From an uncultured Candidatus Poseidoniales archaeon (lineage in GTDB: Archaea; Thermoplasmatota; Poseidoniia; Poseidoniales; Poseidoniaceae), in assembly GCA_905182125.1 (NCBI GenBank), contig CAJJAV010000026.1, positions 18,194-82,193 on the forward strand: DNA of 64,000 bases, written 5' to 3'. Shown here piece by piece: positions 1-10,259 of this stretch. Each line of letters opens with the position of its first letter. Position 1 is the stretch's first letter. Under the pieces are notes generated by a model. The model worked only from the letters and a program-made list of their open reading frames with translations. It did not search any database and was not told where the DNA came from. The position numbers and the translations under genes are program-made.

Positions 1-1
1 C

Positions 2-1597
2 AACGTCAATCACGTGTACTCGCTTGCAGCAGATGCTGACATCGATGACGACGACATGATCACCATCGGTGGGCAAGAGGTTGTTGCAGTCAACCCAGGT
101 CAACAAATGCTCATCCCGACCACCGTTACCAACTACGGAAACGGTCCAGATCGCTATGATTTCCGCCTTGCTCGTGTCACAGACCCTGCAGGCGTTGACG
201 TCATTTGGGACATCGAAATCCCCCGTGAAAGTTTGACAGAATTGTCCCGAGACACTGAACAATTGTTTGACATCGAAATCAATGTGCCAGATCAGGTTGA
301 AGCCGGTATTTACACCGTTGTCTTCCAAACCTTCTCTGAAGAATCATACCCAGATGCCAGCGGACGCTTGACCCGTCTGCGTTACACACAAGAAATCCCA
401 ATCTATGTGCAAGAGTTCTACGACATGAGGATCTCCATGGATGAAACCGTGGATAACGCAGTCAAGACCTCTGCTCCAGGCAGAATTGTTCGCTTTGAAG
501 TGAACATCACCAACAACGGAAACGTCCCTGATTGGGCTCGCCTCGATAACCACACCTCGCAACGCGATGGTGAGGCACTGATTTGGTCTGAACTTCCGGG
601 CATGGGTACATTGAGCGGCTGGAACGTTGAATGGCGCATGATCAAGCAACTTGGTACAGATCTCACAACTGAAGAGTCGTGCCAAATCATCGAATCTGTT
701 CCGATCGAAACCGGCAATGAAGATGCTATGCTCAACCCAGATGTTGTGTTCGCAGATGCCATTGACGACCAGTGCATCTACATCACTTCTCTCGACAGCT
801 ACTACATGCCAAAGATGGCTCCATACACGACCCATCAGATGGTTTCCATCGTGACCATTGCTCCATCGGCGAAACTCGACACCCGAAGCCTCGGCCTCAA
901 GGTCGTATCCAAGATGGGCAACATGAACGACGGTGGCGACCATGACGATTCACCTGCATGGGATGGCGATTCACTCGATTCAAACGAGTTCATCCTCACC
1001 CTCCGTTTGCGAGCTCCAAATTTGGACATCACTGAAGTCAAGGCCTCGATCACTCAGGCTGCAGTTGGAGAAACCATTCCGATCAAGGTCATTCTTGAGA
1101 ACAATGGAAACACACATGCAACGGACATTGAAATCATTCTCTGTGAATACCCGAATGCTCAGGATGCTGAAACGGAAGCGGAAATCAGGAAGAACGGATG
1201 CGACGAAGATCGCATCGTAATGCGCCAAGTGATTGGTGCTTTGCTTGCTCCAGATGCTTCTGAAGAATCGAAGTCGATTGAATTGTACCTGCTTTACCCA
1301 GTGAGTGCAGGAAGCCACGGCATCTACGTCGTTGTTGATCCACTCAATGAAATTGTGGAAACCAGTGAGCGCGATAACGTGCAAGCTGTTTCGACCTCGT
1401 TGCAATCCGATAATCCAATCATGGACGTCGCAGGTGAAGTCATCGGAAAGACCGCTTTACCGTTTGCAGTGATCGTGCTTACCTTCGCCCTCCTCGGTGT
1501 CGTTTACCTTGTTGGTAAGGGCCGTCGAGACGATGTCAACAAGCGCTTAGCTGAACAATCATCCTTGATTTCCGTCCTCGGTAAGGACGATAGTTGA
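2..1597 (+). CDS. 5'-partial large cell-surface protein with Ig-like/CARDB domains and C-terminal TM anchor
   Basis: Frame is open to the left edge. Repeated 'V.N.GN..D' Ig-like motifs, CARDB-type 'VVVDPLNEIVETSERDN', and a hydrophobic helix followed by basic residues at the C-terminus. Confidence 0.75.
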   Translation, partial: NVNHVYSLAADADIDDDDMITIGGQEVVAVNPGQQMLIPTTVTNYGNGPDRYDFRLARVTDPAGVDVIWDIEIPRESLTELSRDTEQLFDIEINVPDQVEAGIYTVVFQTFSEESYPDASGRLTRLRYTQEIPIYVQEFYDMRISMDETVDNAVKTSAPGRIVRFEVNITNNGNVPDWARLDNHTSQRDGEALIWSELPGMGTLSGWNVEWRMIKQLGTDLTTEESCQIIESVPIETGNEDAMLNPDVVFADAIDDQCIYITSLDSYYMPKMAPYTTHQMVSIVTIAPSAKLDTRSLGLKVVSKMGNMNDGGDHDDSPAWDGDSLDSNEFILTLRLRAPNLDITEVKASITQAAVGETIPIKVILENNGNTHATDIEIILCEYPNAQDAETEAEIRKNGCDEDRIVMRQVIGALLAPDASEESKSIELYLLYPVSAGSHGIYVVVDPLNEIVETSERDNVQAVSTSLQSDNPIMDVAGEVIGKTALPFAVIVLTFALLGVVYLVGKGRRDDVNKRLAEQSSLISVLGKDDS

Positions 1598-1611
1598 AGC
1601 GAAGAAACCAA

Positions 1612-2373
1612 TCAGCGTTTGCTTGATTTGGTGCCAAAGGCACCGATCCAGTAGCGAAGGTTCGTGTTGGTTGGCGCTGCAACGATGTGCCCTGCTCGCT
1701 CAGATAACTGACGTTCAAGTCGCATCTGGACTTCTTCCAGTAAGGACGACATTTGCGTTTTGCCAAGTTGAAACTCCTGGCTTAGGGCGGCCAAGTCAAT
1801 TCGAGTCTGGGGTGCTTCGATGAGGTTGTGAACCATGCTTCGTTGTTCATAATCATCAAAATCTGAATCGACGCCAGCCGAAACTCGGTTTCGGATGTGC
1901 TGATGCAAGGCGATCAAAGCATCGCGTTGGCGGTCGAGGTTTTCGAGCACCTCTCCAATTTGTTGGATGTGGGCTATGCCTTCACCGACGGATATTTTCT
2001 TCCGACCACTGATGGTGTTGACCACAACATCCACACCTTGTGGCAGGCGGTTTGAGAGGCGCATAGGGCCTCCAGCAGGCAGCGTTCGTTGTTCACAATG
2101 AAACAAGTCTGGACCCAGATCAATTCGTAAGGACATGGACTGCTGAACACTGTAAATCGTCCGCGGTGGTCCACCTTTTTCGCTCGGAACCTTCATTTTC
2201 ATAACAAACTCGCCTCGTTCCAATTCCTTCAGATGCTTGACGATGGCCTGTTGACTCACGCCCAAGATTTCGGCTAATTGCATTGGATAGTGTGGCTCCC
2301 GAACGAGGCGTTCGAGGATCTGCCGCCGAAGCTTGTTTTGAAGCAGGGTTAGGGCGGTGTCGACATCGGTCAT
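1612..2373 (-). CDS. ArsR-type wHTH regulator, Phr/HSR1 heat-shock repressor-like
   Basis: LQNKLRRQILERLVREPHYPMQLAEILGVSQQAIVKHLKELE...GGPPRTIYSV...RIDLGPDLF followed by a coiled coil. Start moved to ATG 2373. Confidence 0.75.
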   Translation of the reverse strand: MTDVDTALTLLQNKLRRQILERLVREPHYPMQLAEILGVSQQAIVKHLKELERGEFVMKMKVPSEKGGPPRTIYSVQQSMSLRIDLGPDLFHCEQRTLPAGGPMRLSNRLPQGVDVVVNTISGRKKISVGEGIAHIQQIGEVLENLDRQRDALIALHQHIRNRVSAGVDSDFDDYEQRSMVHNLIEAPQTRIDLAALSQEFQLGKTQMSSLLEEVQMRLERQLSERAGHIVAAPTNTNLRYWIGAFGTKSSKR

Positions 2374-2378
2374 ATTGC

Positions 2379-2393
2379 TCAACCTGAGGTTAA
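2379..2393. promoter_or_regulatory. Putative operator TCAAC-N5-GTTAA immediately upstream of the regulator start
   Basis: Near-palindrome (core AACCTGAGGTT) 6-20 bp before the ATG. Resembles the CTAAC-N5-GTTAG site of Archaeoglobus HSR1. Confidence 0.5.
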
Positions 2394-2458
2394 CTAGACA
2401 AAGCCCCCATTTGAAGCCGTCGGCCCTACCGGAGTCGAGGAAAACAGATGTTCGACCT

Positions 2459-3049
2459 TCAGAAGAAGTCGATAACGCGATTGAACACCCGTTGCCAACC
2501 AAGAACCGCTGCGAGGCCAAACAGGACTCCAGCGATCACCAATGGCCATGCAGTCGTCTTTGGAAGCGAAGCCTCGTATGTCCATTCAACATCGAATTGT
2601 TGGAGTGTCTGAACATCCTCCCCACCAGCGACAAAGCGGTACTCACCGCTGCTTGCTTTCCATGTGAACTGTCCATCAGCACCTTCGCCACCAGCAATGA
2701 GGTTCACAGAAGATTTTTCACATTCATAATACTCATCTTTTTCGGTGCACTTCGCAGCTTCTGAGGCTTCAGCGACGCCGATCCATACACCGCTCTTCAT
2801 CCATGTGATCTCAACTGATACCTCAGCCTGATCGACTTCAGATGGAAGGTTGACAATTTCCATGGACATGCCCCAGTAACACGTGACCTCGTCGTCTTGG
2901 ATTAACGGCAGGCCTTGTTCAACGCTGCATGGTGGAAGCATAGCGCTCTCGATGCTGTTATCAGAAAGGCCTTCAGAGCCGACAAAGGCGACGACCAAGA
3001 GCACAACTGCGATGAGAGCACAAATGCAACGAACAACGGCGCTCCACAT
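2459..3049 (-). CDS. Hypothetical membrane protein (N- and C-terminal TM)
   Basis: 196-aa ORF packed in operon with two hydrophobic helices. Confidence 0.65.
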   Translation of the reverse strand: MWSAVVRCICALIAVVLLVVAFVGSEGLSDNSIESAMLPPCSVEQGLPLIQDDEVTCYWGMSMEIVNLPSEVDQAEVSVEITWMKSGVWIGVAEASEAAKCTEKDEYYECEKSSVNLIAGGEGADGQFTWKASSGEYRFVAGGEDVQTLQQFDVEWTYEASLPKTTAWPLVIAGVLFGLAAVLGWQRVFNRVIDFF

Positions 3050-3058
3050 AGTGCACCC

Positions 3059-4096
3059 TCAAATTTCGTCCCATGACTTCCAATCCTTGTTGGATTGTTC
3101 CTTTGGCTCAGTGCGCTTTACTGATTGGATTTTACGTCGCTGTTCTGAGGTTTCGGTTGCGGGAGCGATGTCGCTTGCACCTTCATCCCACGAGGTGATG
3201 GTTTTGGTGTTTGGATTTTTGATTGGGGCGTTGGTTTGGGGCTTGATCGGGCTGTCTGCAAATGGGTCGCTCACGGTTTTCGAAGCCTGGTCGACATCGC
3301 CTCGCATCAACGCATAGACCTGTTCTGTGGTCAACAAGTTTCCACGCATCACGCTTTCCTTTCCATCGATGAACTCTTCTGTATCAGAAAGTCCAGTATC
3401 GGCAAATGGTGCATCCACTTTCGGTTGGAGTGGGTTTTCCCCGCGAGCGAAGGCAGCCACCATTTCAGGCGTGACCTCTGCAGCTTGGGTCATGGTCCCG
3501 TCTGCATTCATCATCACCACGGAGGTTTTCTTACGGCTTGACCGAGTCAGTGCTAAGACCACTCCGGCCAAAGGTAAGATGAACAAACCAAGGCAACATG
3601 AAGCGAATCCAAGCAAGAGCCCGGGGTTCGAAAATGCAGCGTATTGGTAGCGATTTGTGTGAACGAGGTACACCGTTTCATCGGCACAATCATTGCCTTC
3701 TTGGCAGGTGCTGTCCAAGGCATATTCGCCCTCCTCAGTGACGGTCCAACTGCTTGTGACAATGAATTGGGTTTGGTCGGTCGCCATGGGGAGCCAATCA
3801 GATTTACAGATCTTGTTCTCAAGGGCCGTATCGACTCGAGCGGAACCCTCGATTTTGGTCAGGTTGAGGTCGACATTGTCCTCGCCCTCTTCTGCAATTG
3901 CATAGTAGCAACCAGGTTCGAGCATTGCGACCTCGCTTCCCGGGCCGGTGGCTTCGAGCGTGGCAACTTTCCGAGCGTCGTAGGCTTCATCGATGGTGTT
4001 CCCTTGAGCGTTGAGTAAAAACGCACCCAAGATCAACATGAGGGCACCAACGATGGCCAATCGCACGGGCCAAGGATTGCGGGTGGGTGCGACCAT
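3059..4096 (-). CDS. Hypothetical membrane protein
   Basis: Two TM segments. Start MVAPTRNPW with SD-like GAGGTG, which avoids overlap with top6A. Confidence 0.65.
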   Translation of the reverse strand: MVAPTRNPWPVRLAIVGALMLILGAFLLNAQGNTIDEAYDARKVATLEATGPGSEVAMLEPGCYYAIAEEGEDNVDLNLTKIEGSARVDTALENKICKSDWLPMATDQTQFIVTSSWTVTEEGEYALDSTCQEGNDCADETVYLVHTNRYQYAAFSNPGLLLGFASCCLGLFILPLAGVVLALTRSSRKKTSVVMMNADGTMTQAAEVTPEMVAAFARGENPLQPKVDAPFADTGLSDTEEFIDGKESVMRGNLLTTEQVYALMRGDVDQASKTVSDPFADSPIKPQTNAPIKNPNTKTITSWDEGASDIAPATETSEQRRKIQSVKRTEPKEQSNKDWKSWDEI

Positions 4097-4133
4097 GAAG
4101 CCACCTCTCACTCTTCCCCAATGAATCCTCGCT

Positions 4134-5234
4134 TCAAGCCAAACCGAGTTCAGAGAGCTTCTCTGGGAGGTAGGTTTCGGTAACGAAATCAAGTCCATAC
4201 TTCGCCAGTGATTGTTGTTCAGCCTTCTTTCCAAGTTCCAACATCATGTTGATTTGTTCTTGCCACCAACCGTCAGCAAATCTTGGATCTGTAAGTTCTG
4301 CCTTCAGCGCTTCAATGTCTTTCTTCGATAGGTCATCGTTTGGCAGGTCATATGCAACAATGTCATCAGCGGTGATGCCAAGGTAGGTTGCACTTGGTGT
4401 GGCAAGGTACTCGGAAATGTGAGCAGTCTTGATTGCACCATAGGCGATGGAGGCGAAGATTCGGAACGACCACGGATCCCCGTCGAGGAAGACGACGACT
4501 GGTAAGTCCCATTCCTCGCTCATACGCTTCATGATTCGTCGAGTCGACCGAGCAGGTTGCCCCTTGAGGTGAAGTAAGCCACAGCGGTATTGTTCATCGA
4601 ACCCATTCTCAATCAACCGGTCAAACATACCACCAGTCTCGATAGCCATGATGAAATCGATGTCATGCTCGAGCAATTCGATCTTCTCTGCTTCAACGTT
4701 GTAAGGCACGCCGTAGCCGGAATCGCCAACATCGTCTCGAGCGTTGATGCGCATCCATTCGCCTCTTCTGTTTCGCTCACGCAGAGTAAGGTTCCCAATC
4801 ATTCGAGCACCGTCTTCTTCAGGACGCAGTTTGAAATCCTCACGCAGGCACTTGGTGACAATTTCCAAATCTTCTGCGAGGTTGTTCGATTCATTCTGAC
4901 TGCCGAACTTTCCAAGTCCCCACGCCTCTGAAATGTAGTACATTTCTCTCAGCGTCGAAGATTTACCAGCGACGAGCATTTCCTCGATGAATTCAACCAC
5001 GTGGAGCGCTCTTAGCAACTGTTTGGCTGACCCAAGGCTTGTTGCATCACGAATGGACTGCTTTTTTCCGTATTTGTAGACGCCGAGTTTCTTGTCAAAC
5101 CCGATGTTGTTTTTGGTTCGCACGGGCAGCGTCATTGTTGGAGGCTCCCCTTTCACCATTCGATCGTACATCTCTCCGACGATCACGTGCATGGCTGCTT
5201 TGGTCTCTTCTGGTGTGTGACGGCGCGTCATCAA
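4134..5234 (-). CDS. top6A: DNA topoisomerase VI subunit A
   Basis: STLREMYY catalytic Tyr region and TOPRIM motifs [27 protein letters not shown]. Confidence 0.96.
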   Translation of the reverse strand: MMTRRHTPEETKAAMHVIVGEMYDRMVKGEPPTMTLPVRTKNNIGFDKKLGVYKYGKKQSIRDATSLGSAKQLLRALHVVEFIEEMLVAGKSSTLREMYYISEAWGLGKFGSQNESNNLAEDLEIVTKCLREDFKLRPEEDGARMIGNLTLRERNRRGEWMRINARDDVGDSGYGVPYNVEAEKIELLEHDIDFIMAIETGGMFDRLIENGFDEQYRCGLLHLKGQPARSTRRIMKRMSEEWDLPVVVFLDGDPWSFRIFASIAYGAIKTAHISEYLATPSATYLGITADDIVAYDLPNDDLSKKDIEALKAELTDPRFADGWWQEQINMMLELGKKAEQQSLAKYGLDFVTETYLPEKLSELGLA

Positions 5235-7291
5235 GCCTCACCTCCAAACAAGGTGGTTTGACCATTCGGGGGAGCCACTGCAGGTTCCCCAATTGACTCA
5301 ATCGGCTCGAACTCATCTTCATCTTCATCTTCGGAAGAATCGTCAGTGAGGACCCGTTCGAGGCGCCTGATTTCTTCGAGGAACTTTTCATCCATCTTAC
5401 TGGCTCCAATCACGTCCTGTGAGCCACGGAAGAAGATGTCAGTTTCCGTCCAGTCGCCTCGTTCAAGGTCGCCGAGGCTGTAAGAGATGACCGTCTTCTC
5501 ACCCGGTTGCAATGATTCAAGTTTCCACGCCCATACACCAGTTGCTTCCTTTCGCCCCCCTGTATCGTTGTTGATCATGGTGGCTCCAGACTTTTCGGGC
5601 CATGTGGCAAGGATGGTGTAAGCCCTGACCCTTGTGGTGTAGTTGAACAGAGTGATCGCCACATCGGTTTGCTTTGTTTCTTTATTCCATACCGTTTCTG
5701 TTTCAGAAATCACTGCAGACATGATTTGGGTGATGGACCCAGACAAATCTGGAACTGGTTTTCCAAGAATATCGGCAGACTTCTTGGCGATGGCTGGAAG
5801 AATGTCGTTAATGAGTTCGAATTTTTCCTTGGTTTTGGCCATCTTTTTCTTCTTTTCCAAATGCTTTCGCAATCCTCTGCCCATTTCGAGCATTGCTTTG
5901 CGTGCTTCTTCGATCACTTCGGCGTTGTCAGCCAACGCTTCCTTTGCTTCTGAAGTGAATTGAACGTTGGTGCTTGCAAGGTGAATTAAGATGGCAGCGG
6001 GTCCCTTTGGCACCCCTTTGGCACCAGGTTGGTCGAGACCATATTGCCGCCAATCAACGCTTTCAATCGCTTTGGTTAGTAAGCAGCCGCCTTGCTGGTA
6101 CATCAGTGGTACGCGATTTGCAAACCGTAGAATCTCAACCGGTTTGTCAGCAGGCATGTTGCCACCGAAAATGAGGCCAACTTCAACTTGGTACGGGTTC
6201 CCCTGTGTGACTTCAGGGGCCCGTGTGAGTGTTGCTATGAATCGAGAGTCAATGGTTTTCGACAGGCCCTTTTTGATGAGCAGTTCTTCGATCGGAGAGA
6301 GGCAATTTGTTGGGGGATTAAGCAGTTTGACAGGCTTTCCATTGGCCAAACGTTCTCCCTGGAACGCTTCCAAAAGTGCGCGAATTTGATCAGCGTTCAT
6401 CGATTTCGGTTTTGTCTTTTCATCCACGTCCGCTGCCACACACAGTTCCTTGCTGGCTCTGGCAGAAACGCCAGAGAAGTTCATCCGCAAGAACACGGTC
6501 AAACGGGAATCTGTTGACTCGGAAGTCATGCGCTGAAGTTGGCCCAATTCAATGCCATGAGGGTGTGGCTTGATGGCTTCAACCTTGGTAGGCAATCGCT
6601 CAGTCACCCGAGGCCAATGATGGACTTCGCCATCTGGGTCGGTGAAGGTGATCTCAGCGTGAGGGTTGACGATGCTTGTCATACGAAGGTATTGCCAAAC
6701 GCTTTGCCTTCCCTTCTGATATTTTGCTTTCAACTGAGCCGTCACTTCAGTGCCGTGTTCTTTTGAAGACCCGTCAGCATTGTACCACATTTCACGACCT
6801 TGATTTGCTTTCGTAGCTTTGTTCTTTCGGGTGTCAAGGCCAATGTCAACAACAGCGGCCGTTGGCTCACCAGCAATCTTGGATCGAACATGGGTTGTTC
6901 GACCAGTTGTCAATTGACAGTACATGACGACCCCAGTGATTCCAATTCCCTGTTGCCCTCTCGATTGTCGAATGGCGTGGAATCGAGAACCGAACAGCAA
7001 CTGTCCAAACACCTTCTCGATGCTCTTCTGAGGAATGCCAGGTCCGTTGTCTTCGACGATGAGTTTGACGATGTCTTTCTTCACATCCAATTTTTCAATT
7101 GCAACGCTGATTGTAGGGAGGATGCGCGCTTCTTCGCAGGCATCCAGTGCGTTATCTACGGCTTCTTTCACTGCGGTGATGAGGGATCTGGCAAGGGAGT
7201 CGAATCCAAGAAAGTGCTTGTTTTTCTCGAAAAACTCAGAAATTGCAACTTGCTTTTGATTCGATGCGAGTTTCTCTGCGATTCCAGTCAT
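5231..7291 (-). CDS. top6B: DNA topoisomerase VI subunit B
   Basis: GHKL motifs [43 protein letters not shown]. Confidence 0.96.
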   Translation of the reverse strand: MTGIAEKLASNQKQVAISEFFEKNKHFLGFDSLARSLITAVKEAVDNALDACEEARILPTISVAIEKLDVKKDIVKLIVEDNGPGIPQKSIEKVFGQLLFGSRFHAIRQSRGQQGIGITGVVMYCQLTTGRTTHVRSKIAGEPTAAVVDIGLDTRKNKATKANQGREMWYNADGSSKEHGTEVTAQLKAKYQKGRQSVWQYLRMTSIVNPHAEITFTDPDGEVHHWPRVTERLPTKVEAIKPHPHGIELGQLQRMTSESTDSRLTVFLRMNFSGVSARASKELCVAADVDEKTKPKSMNADQIRALLEAFQGERLANGKPVKLLNPPTNCLSPIEELLIKKGLSKTIDSRFIATLTRAPEVTQGNPYQVEVGLIFGGNMPADKPVEILRFANRVPLMYQQGGCLLTKAIESVDWRQYGLDQPGAKGVPKGPAAILIHLASTNVQFTSEAKEALADNAEVIEEARKAMLEMGRGLRKHLEKKKKMAKTKEKFELINDILPAIAKKSADILGKPVPDLSGSITQIMSAVISETETVWNKETKQTDVAITLFNYTTRVRAYTILATWPEKSGATMINNDTGGRKEATGVWAWKLESLQPGEKTVISYSLGDLERGDWTETDIFFRGSQDVIGASKMDEKFLEEIRRLERVLTDDSSEDEDEDEFEPIESIGEPAVAPPNGQTTLFGGEA

Positions 7292-7517
7292 GAGGCCAAT
7301 CCTCCACCACGGTCCTCCTTCGTCCGGATGACGAAGGGCCAATGATGTTCTCAGTGGTTCTCCGACGGTACTTAATCCCTAAGTTTCCTTGAGGTTGGTC
7401 AATCCCCTTTCTCAAAGGGTTCCCGCTGACACGAACTGCTCGGCCATCGGCCGGCCAAGGCCGGGCGAAAGAAAGGTCATGACAAATGATTAAGACAAAC
7501 AGGGCTGTGTTGAACAC

Positions 7518-7973
7518 ATGGCAGAAATTTTTCCTACAATTATCGGAAAAAATTTGAACAAACAGGTCACAGCCATTCCCGATGATTTTTCAGAGCAACC
7601 CCTGATTGTGATTGCAGCCTTCCAACGCTGGCATCAGAACCTTGTCGACCAGTCAATGGAAAACCTTGACAAAATGAACATGAACGAGACCCACACGATC
7701 ATTGAGGTACCCGTGATAAAAAAATCCTCAATGCTTCAGCGGATGCGTTTAGATGGACTGATGCGAGCAGCAATTTCAGACGTTGGTGTTCGTCAACGAA
7801 CCATCACGGTCTACCTCGACAAACAGGCTTTCAGAGACAGCTTGAACATAGAAAATGAAGACACAATGTATTGGTTCTTGGTCGATCACGCCACGAAAAG
7901 TATTCTCCTGAGGGGATCGGGGATTATGACTTCAGAAGACATAGGTCAAATCAAAACACAAATGGCTGCTTGA
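7518..7973 (+). CDS. Hypothetical protein, thioredoxin-like fold (ATP10-like)
   Basis: FP.I.G.NL...V..PDDF...LIV.AAFQRWHQ pattern, 151 aa. Confidence 0.5.
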   Translation: MAEIFPTIIGKNLNKQVTAIPDDFSEQPLIVIAAFQRWHQNLVDQSMENLDKMNMNETHTIIEVPVIKKSSMLQRMRLDGLMRAAISDVGVRQRTITVYLDKQAFRDSLNIENEDTMYWFLVDHATKSILLRGSGIMTSEDIGQIKTQMAA

Positions 7974-8018
7974 TCGTTGCTCAAATATGCCAGATGCAGC
8001 GCTAAACCTCTGCTTGGC

Positions 8019-10007
8019 TCAAGCAAACATTCCATCGCTCCACGAGGTAATTACGCCTGTGAACGCAGAGGCAGCCACTGTGAGCGGGCTAGCAAGGTAC
8101 AGTTTACCCGGTCCTGAGCGGCCCTGGAAATTCCGGTTGATTGCTGAAACAGTGACTTGTTCTGGGGTGATCGAAACACCTGGACCCGCACCAATGCAAG
8201 CGCCGCAGCCGGGATCGATGAGGTTGACACCAACGCGGCCGAACAAATCGTGCCATCCTTTGTCGACGGCCAACTGCTTTACGGCGCCTGATCCGTATTG
8301 GATGAAGAATTCGACACCCTCCTTGACGACCAAACCCGCATCTTCTGCCGCTTGGCAGACTTGAGCGTAGTAGGCAATGTCATCCTCTTTTCCAGCGGTG
8401 CAAGATCCACCATAGGCAATGTCAATTTCAACCAGGCCAATATCAGCGATATCGGCTCCATTTGTTGGATCGCTTGGAATGCCTTCGTCTGGGTTGCCGG
8501 GGTGGGCGACCATTGGCTTGATTTCATCGAGGTTGATGTGGTGAACTCCACCGGTGTATTCAGCACCTTCGTCAGGTGCGACAGCAAGTGCTTTCTGTTC
8601 TGATCGAACGAGGTGAGGTTGCGCTTTGAGCATCCAATCGAACAGCAAATCATCAGCTTCACAGATACCAGTTCGACCAGAGCATTCGGTGGCCATGTTG
8701 CACAGCGTGGCTCGCTCATCGACGGATAGGCTTGCAAGTCCTGAGCCACCGAATTCCATGCTTCGGTTGAGGGTTAATTCCTCTCGGGCGTGGTCTGCTA
8801 AGATGAATAAGATGACGTCTTTTGCCGTACAACCATCTCGAAGGTTACCAACGAGTTCAAACCGAATTGATTCAGGGACTTTGACAAAAGTGAATCCAGC
8901 GCTCACAAGGTTGGCGTATTCAGTCGCGCCGACACCCCAAGTGAGGGCATTGGATGCACCGCCCATGCACGTGTGCGAATCCGTTGCTTGGATGAAATCA
9001 CCCACTTCGATGAATTCTTCACGGGCTACTTGGTGGCAAATACCGGGCGAAACCCCATTTTTGGCAGAATAATCCCGGACACCGGTGTGCTTCTGGAAGG
9101 CCACTTGTAAATCACGCAGCGTCTGAACCTTGTCCATGAACGGTACGAATTTTGGGTTGTGGTGGGCGTAGAGCAAGTGATCTTCAAACACAGCAAACTT
9201 GGCTGGATTGAGCAACGTGTACGCTTCACCGTATTCTTCTCCGAGGAAGGTGTGAACTTGTGCCGTGGTGAACTCGTGTGAGTACCCACCCTGAACTTGA
9301 GCGATGACTGGGTCATCAGGCTTGACGCATTGACCATCGGCTTGCCCAACAAGGTTCCGAGCGATGATTTTCTCAGCCATGGTCATTGGGCGAGGGGGTG
9401 TGTTCATTGGCGGCAGGACAATTTCTTTGTTCTTGAGTGCCTTTGCAAAGGGGAACAAACCGCCCTTTTCGAGAATGATTTGCGTGACTTCATCGTAGCG
9501 GGACGTGAATGCTTCCAGTTCGATGTGTTCACCATTTTGCAAGCGCTCGAGCATGGCATGGGTGCCCATAAGTTGGCCGAGGTTGATGTTGTTGCGTTCG
9601 TGGATTGGGGCAAATGACGCTGCAATCACGATGTTGACTCCCGCCCAACGTTCGCACTGAGCGGCGGTTTCTCGAGAAGAGCCCGTTCCTTTGCGTTGGC
9701 CTGATACAATGACTTCGAAATTTCCATTTTTTAGCGCGTTTTCGTTGAAGACGCGGAGGCCGTTGTGCATGAGTCCCGCATACGCATTCTTTGCAATTTC
9801 CGCCGGGTCGTGGTCAAAGCAAACCCAAGCAGGCGTCATGACATCGGTGTTGATGTCGTCTAACAATTCATCAATGGTCAAGTCTTCCATTCTCAAATCG
9901 AGGCCGTCATAGAGTTGACGCTTGATCAACCCGAGGTCCTTGGTGAGGAATAAAACCCGTTTTCCGGGCGTAAGGGCAACTTTCTCGGGGGGCCAATTTG
10001 TTCGCAT
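8019..10007 (-). CDS. Aconitase-family hydratase, fused swivel (LeuD-like) plus large (LeuC-like) domains
   Basis: N-terminal DDINTD and GTGSSRETA; C-terminal GICHQ, DSHTC, GGSCT, PGCGAC, NRNFQGR. Confidence 0.88.
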   Translation of the reverse strand: MRTNWPPEKVALTPGKRVLFLTKDLGLIKRQLYDGLDLRMEDLTIDELLDDINTDVMTPAWVCFDHDPAEIAKNAYAGLMHNGLRVFNENALKNGNFEVIVSGQRKGTGSSRETAAQCERWAGVNIVIAASFAPIHERNNINLGQLMGTHAMLERLQNGEHIELEAFTSRYDEVTQIILEKGGLFPFAKALKNKEIVLPPMNTPPRPMTMAEKIIARNLVGQADGQCVKPDDPVIAQVQGGYSHEFTTAQVHTFLGEEYGEAYTLLNPAKFAVFEDHLLYAHHNPKFVPFMDKVQTLRDLQVAFQKHTGVRDYSAKNGVSPGICHQVAREEFIEVGDFIQATDSHTCMGGASNALTWGVGATEYANLVSAGFTFVKVPESIRFELVGNLRDGCTAKDVILFILADHAREELTLNRSMEFGGSGLASLSVDERATLCNMATECSGRTGICEADDLLFDWMLKAQPHLVRSEQKALAVAPDEGAEYTGGVHHINLDEIKPMVAHPGNPDEGIPSDPTNGADIADIGLVEIDIAYGGSCTAGKEDDIAYYAQVCQAAEDAGLVVKEGVEFFIQYGSGAVKQLAVDKGWHDLFGRVGVNLIDPGCGACIGAGPGVSITPEQVTVSAINRNFQGRSGPGKLYLASPLTVAASAFTGVITSWSDGMFA

Positions 10008-10172
10008 CTTTCCCCCTCAATTGGAAACACAAGCCAAGCGGATATAATCGGTTCGGGCGCGTACCATGCCTCATACTTCGGCGAATGGGACGCATATCGC
10101 GTACATGCGGCGCGATTATGACCGGATTCCTCGGTATTCTCCCGTATTAAGGAGTTCCGTTCTGGCTCAATG

Positions 10173-10180
10173 TTTAAATA
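10173..10180 (+). promoter_or_regulatory. TATA box of tfb
   Basis: TTTAAATA about 80 bp upstream of the tfb ATG. Confidence 0.6.
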
Positions 10181-10259
10181 CTATAGTCATGGCGACTATA
10201 TCAAGGTTCTCCTATCAAGTTGGGCATTTGCCCGACAAGGAGACGCATGAGGGATACAA

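Noticed and set aside
7342..7430. C/D-box sRNA (ATGATG...CTGA)
   Set aside because: Box C is imperfect, spacing is long for an archaeal guide, and it overlaps the probable top6B promoter.
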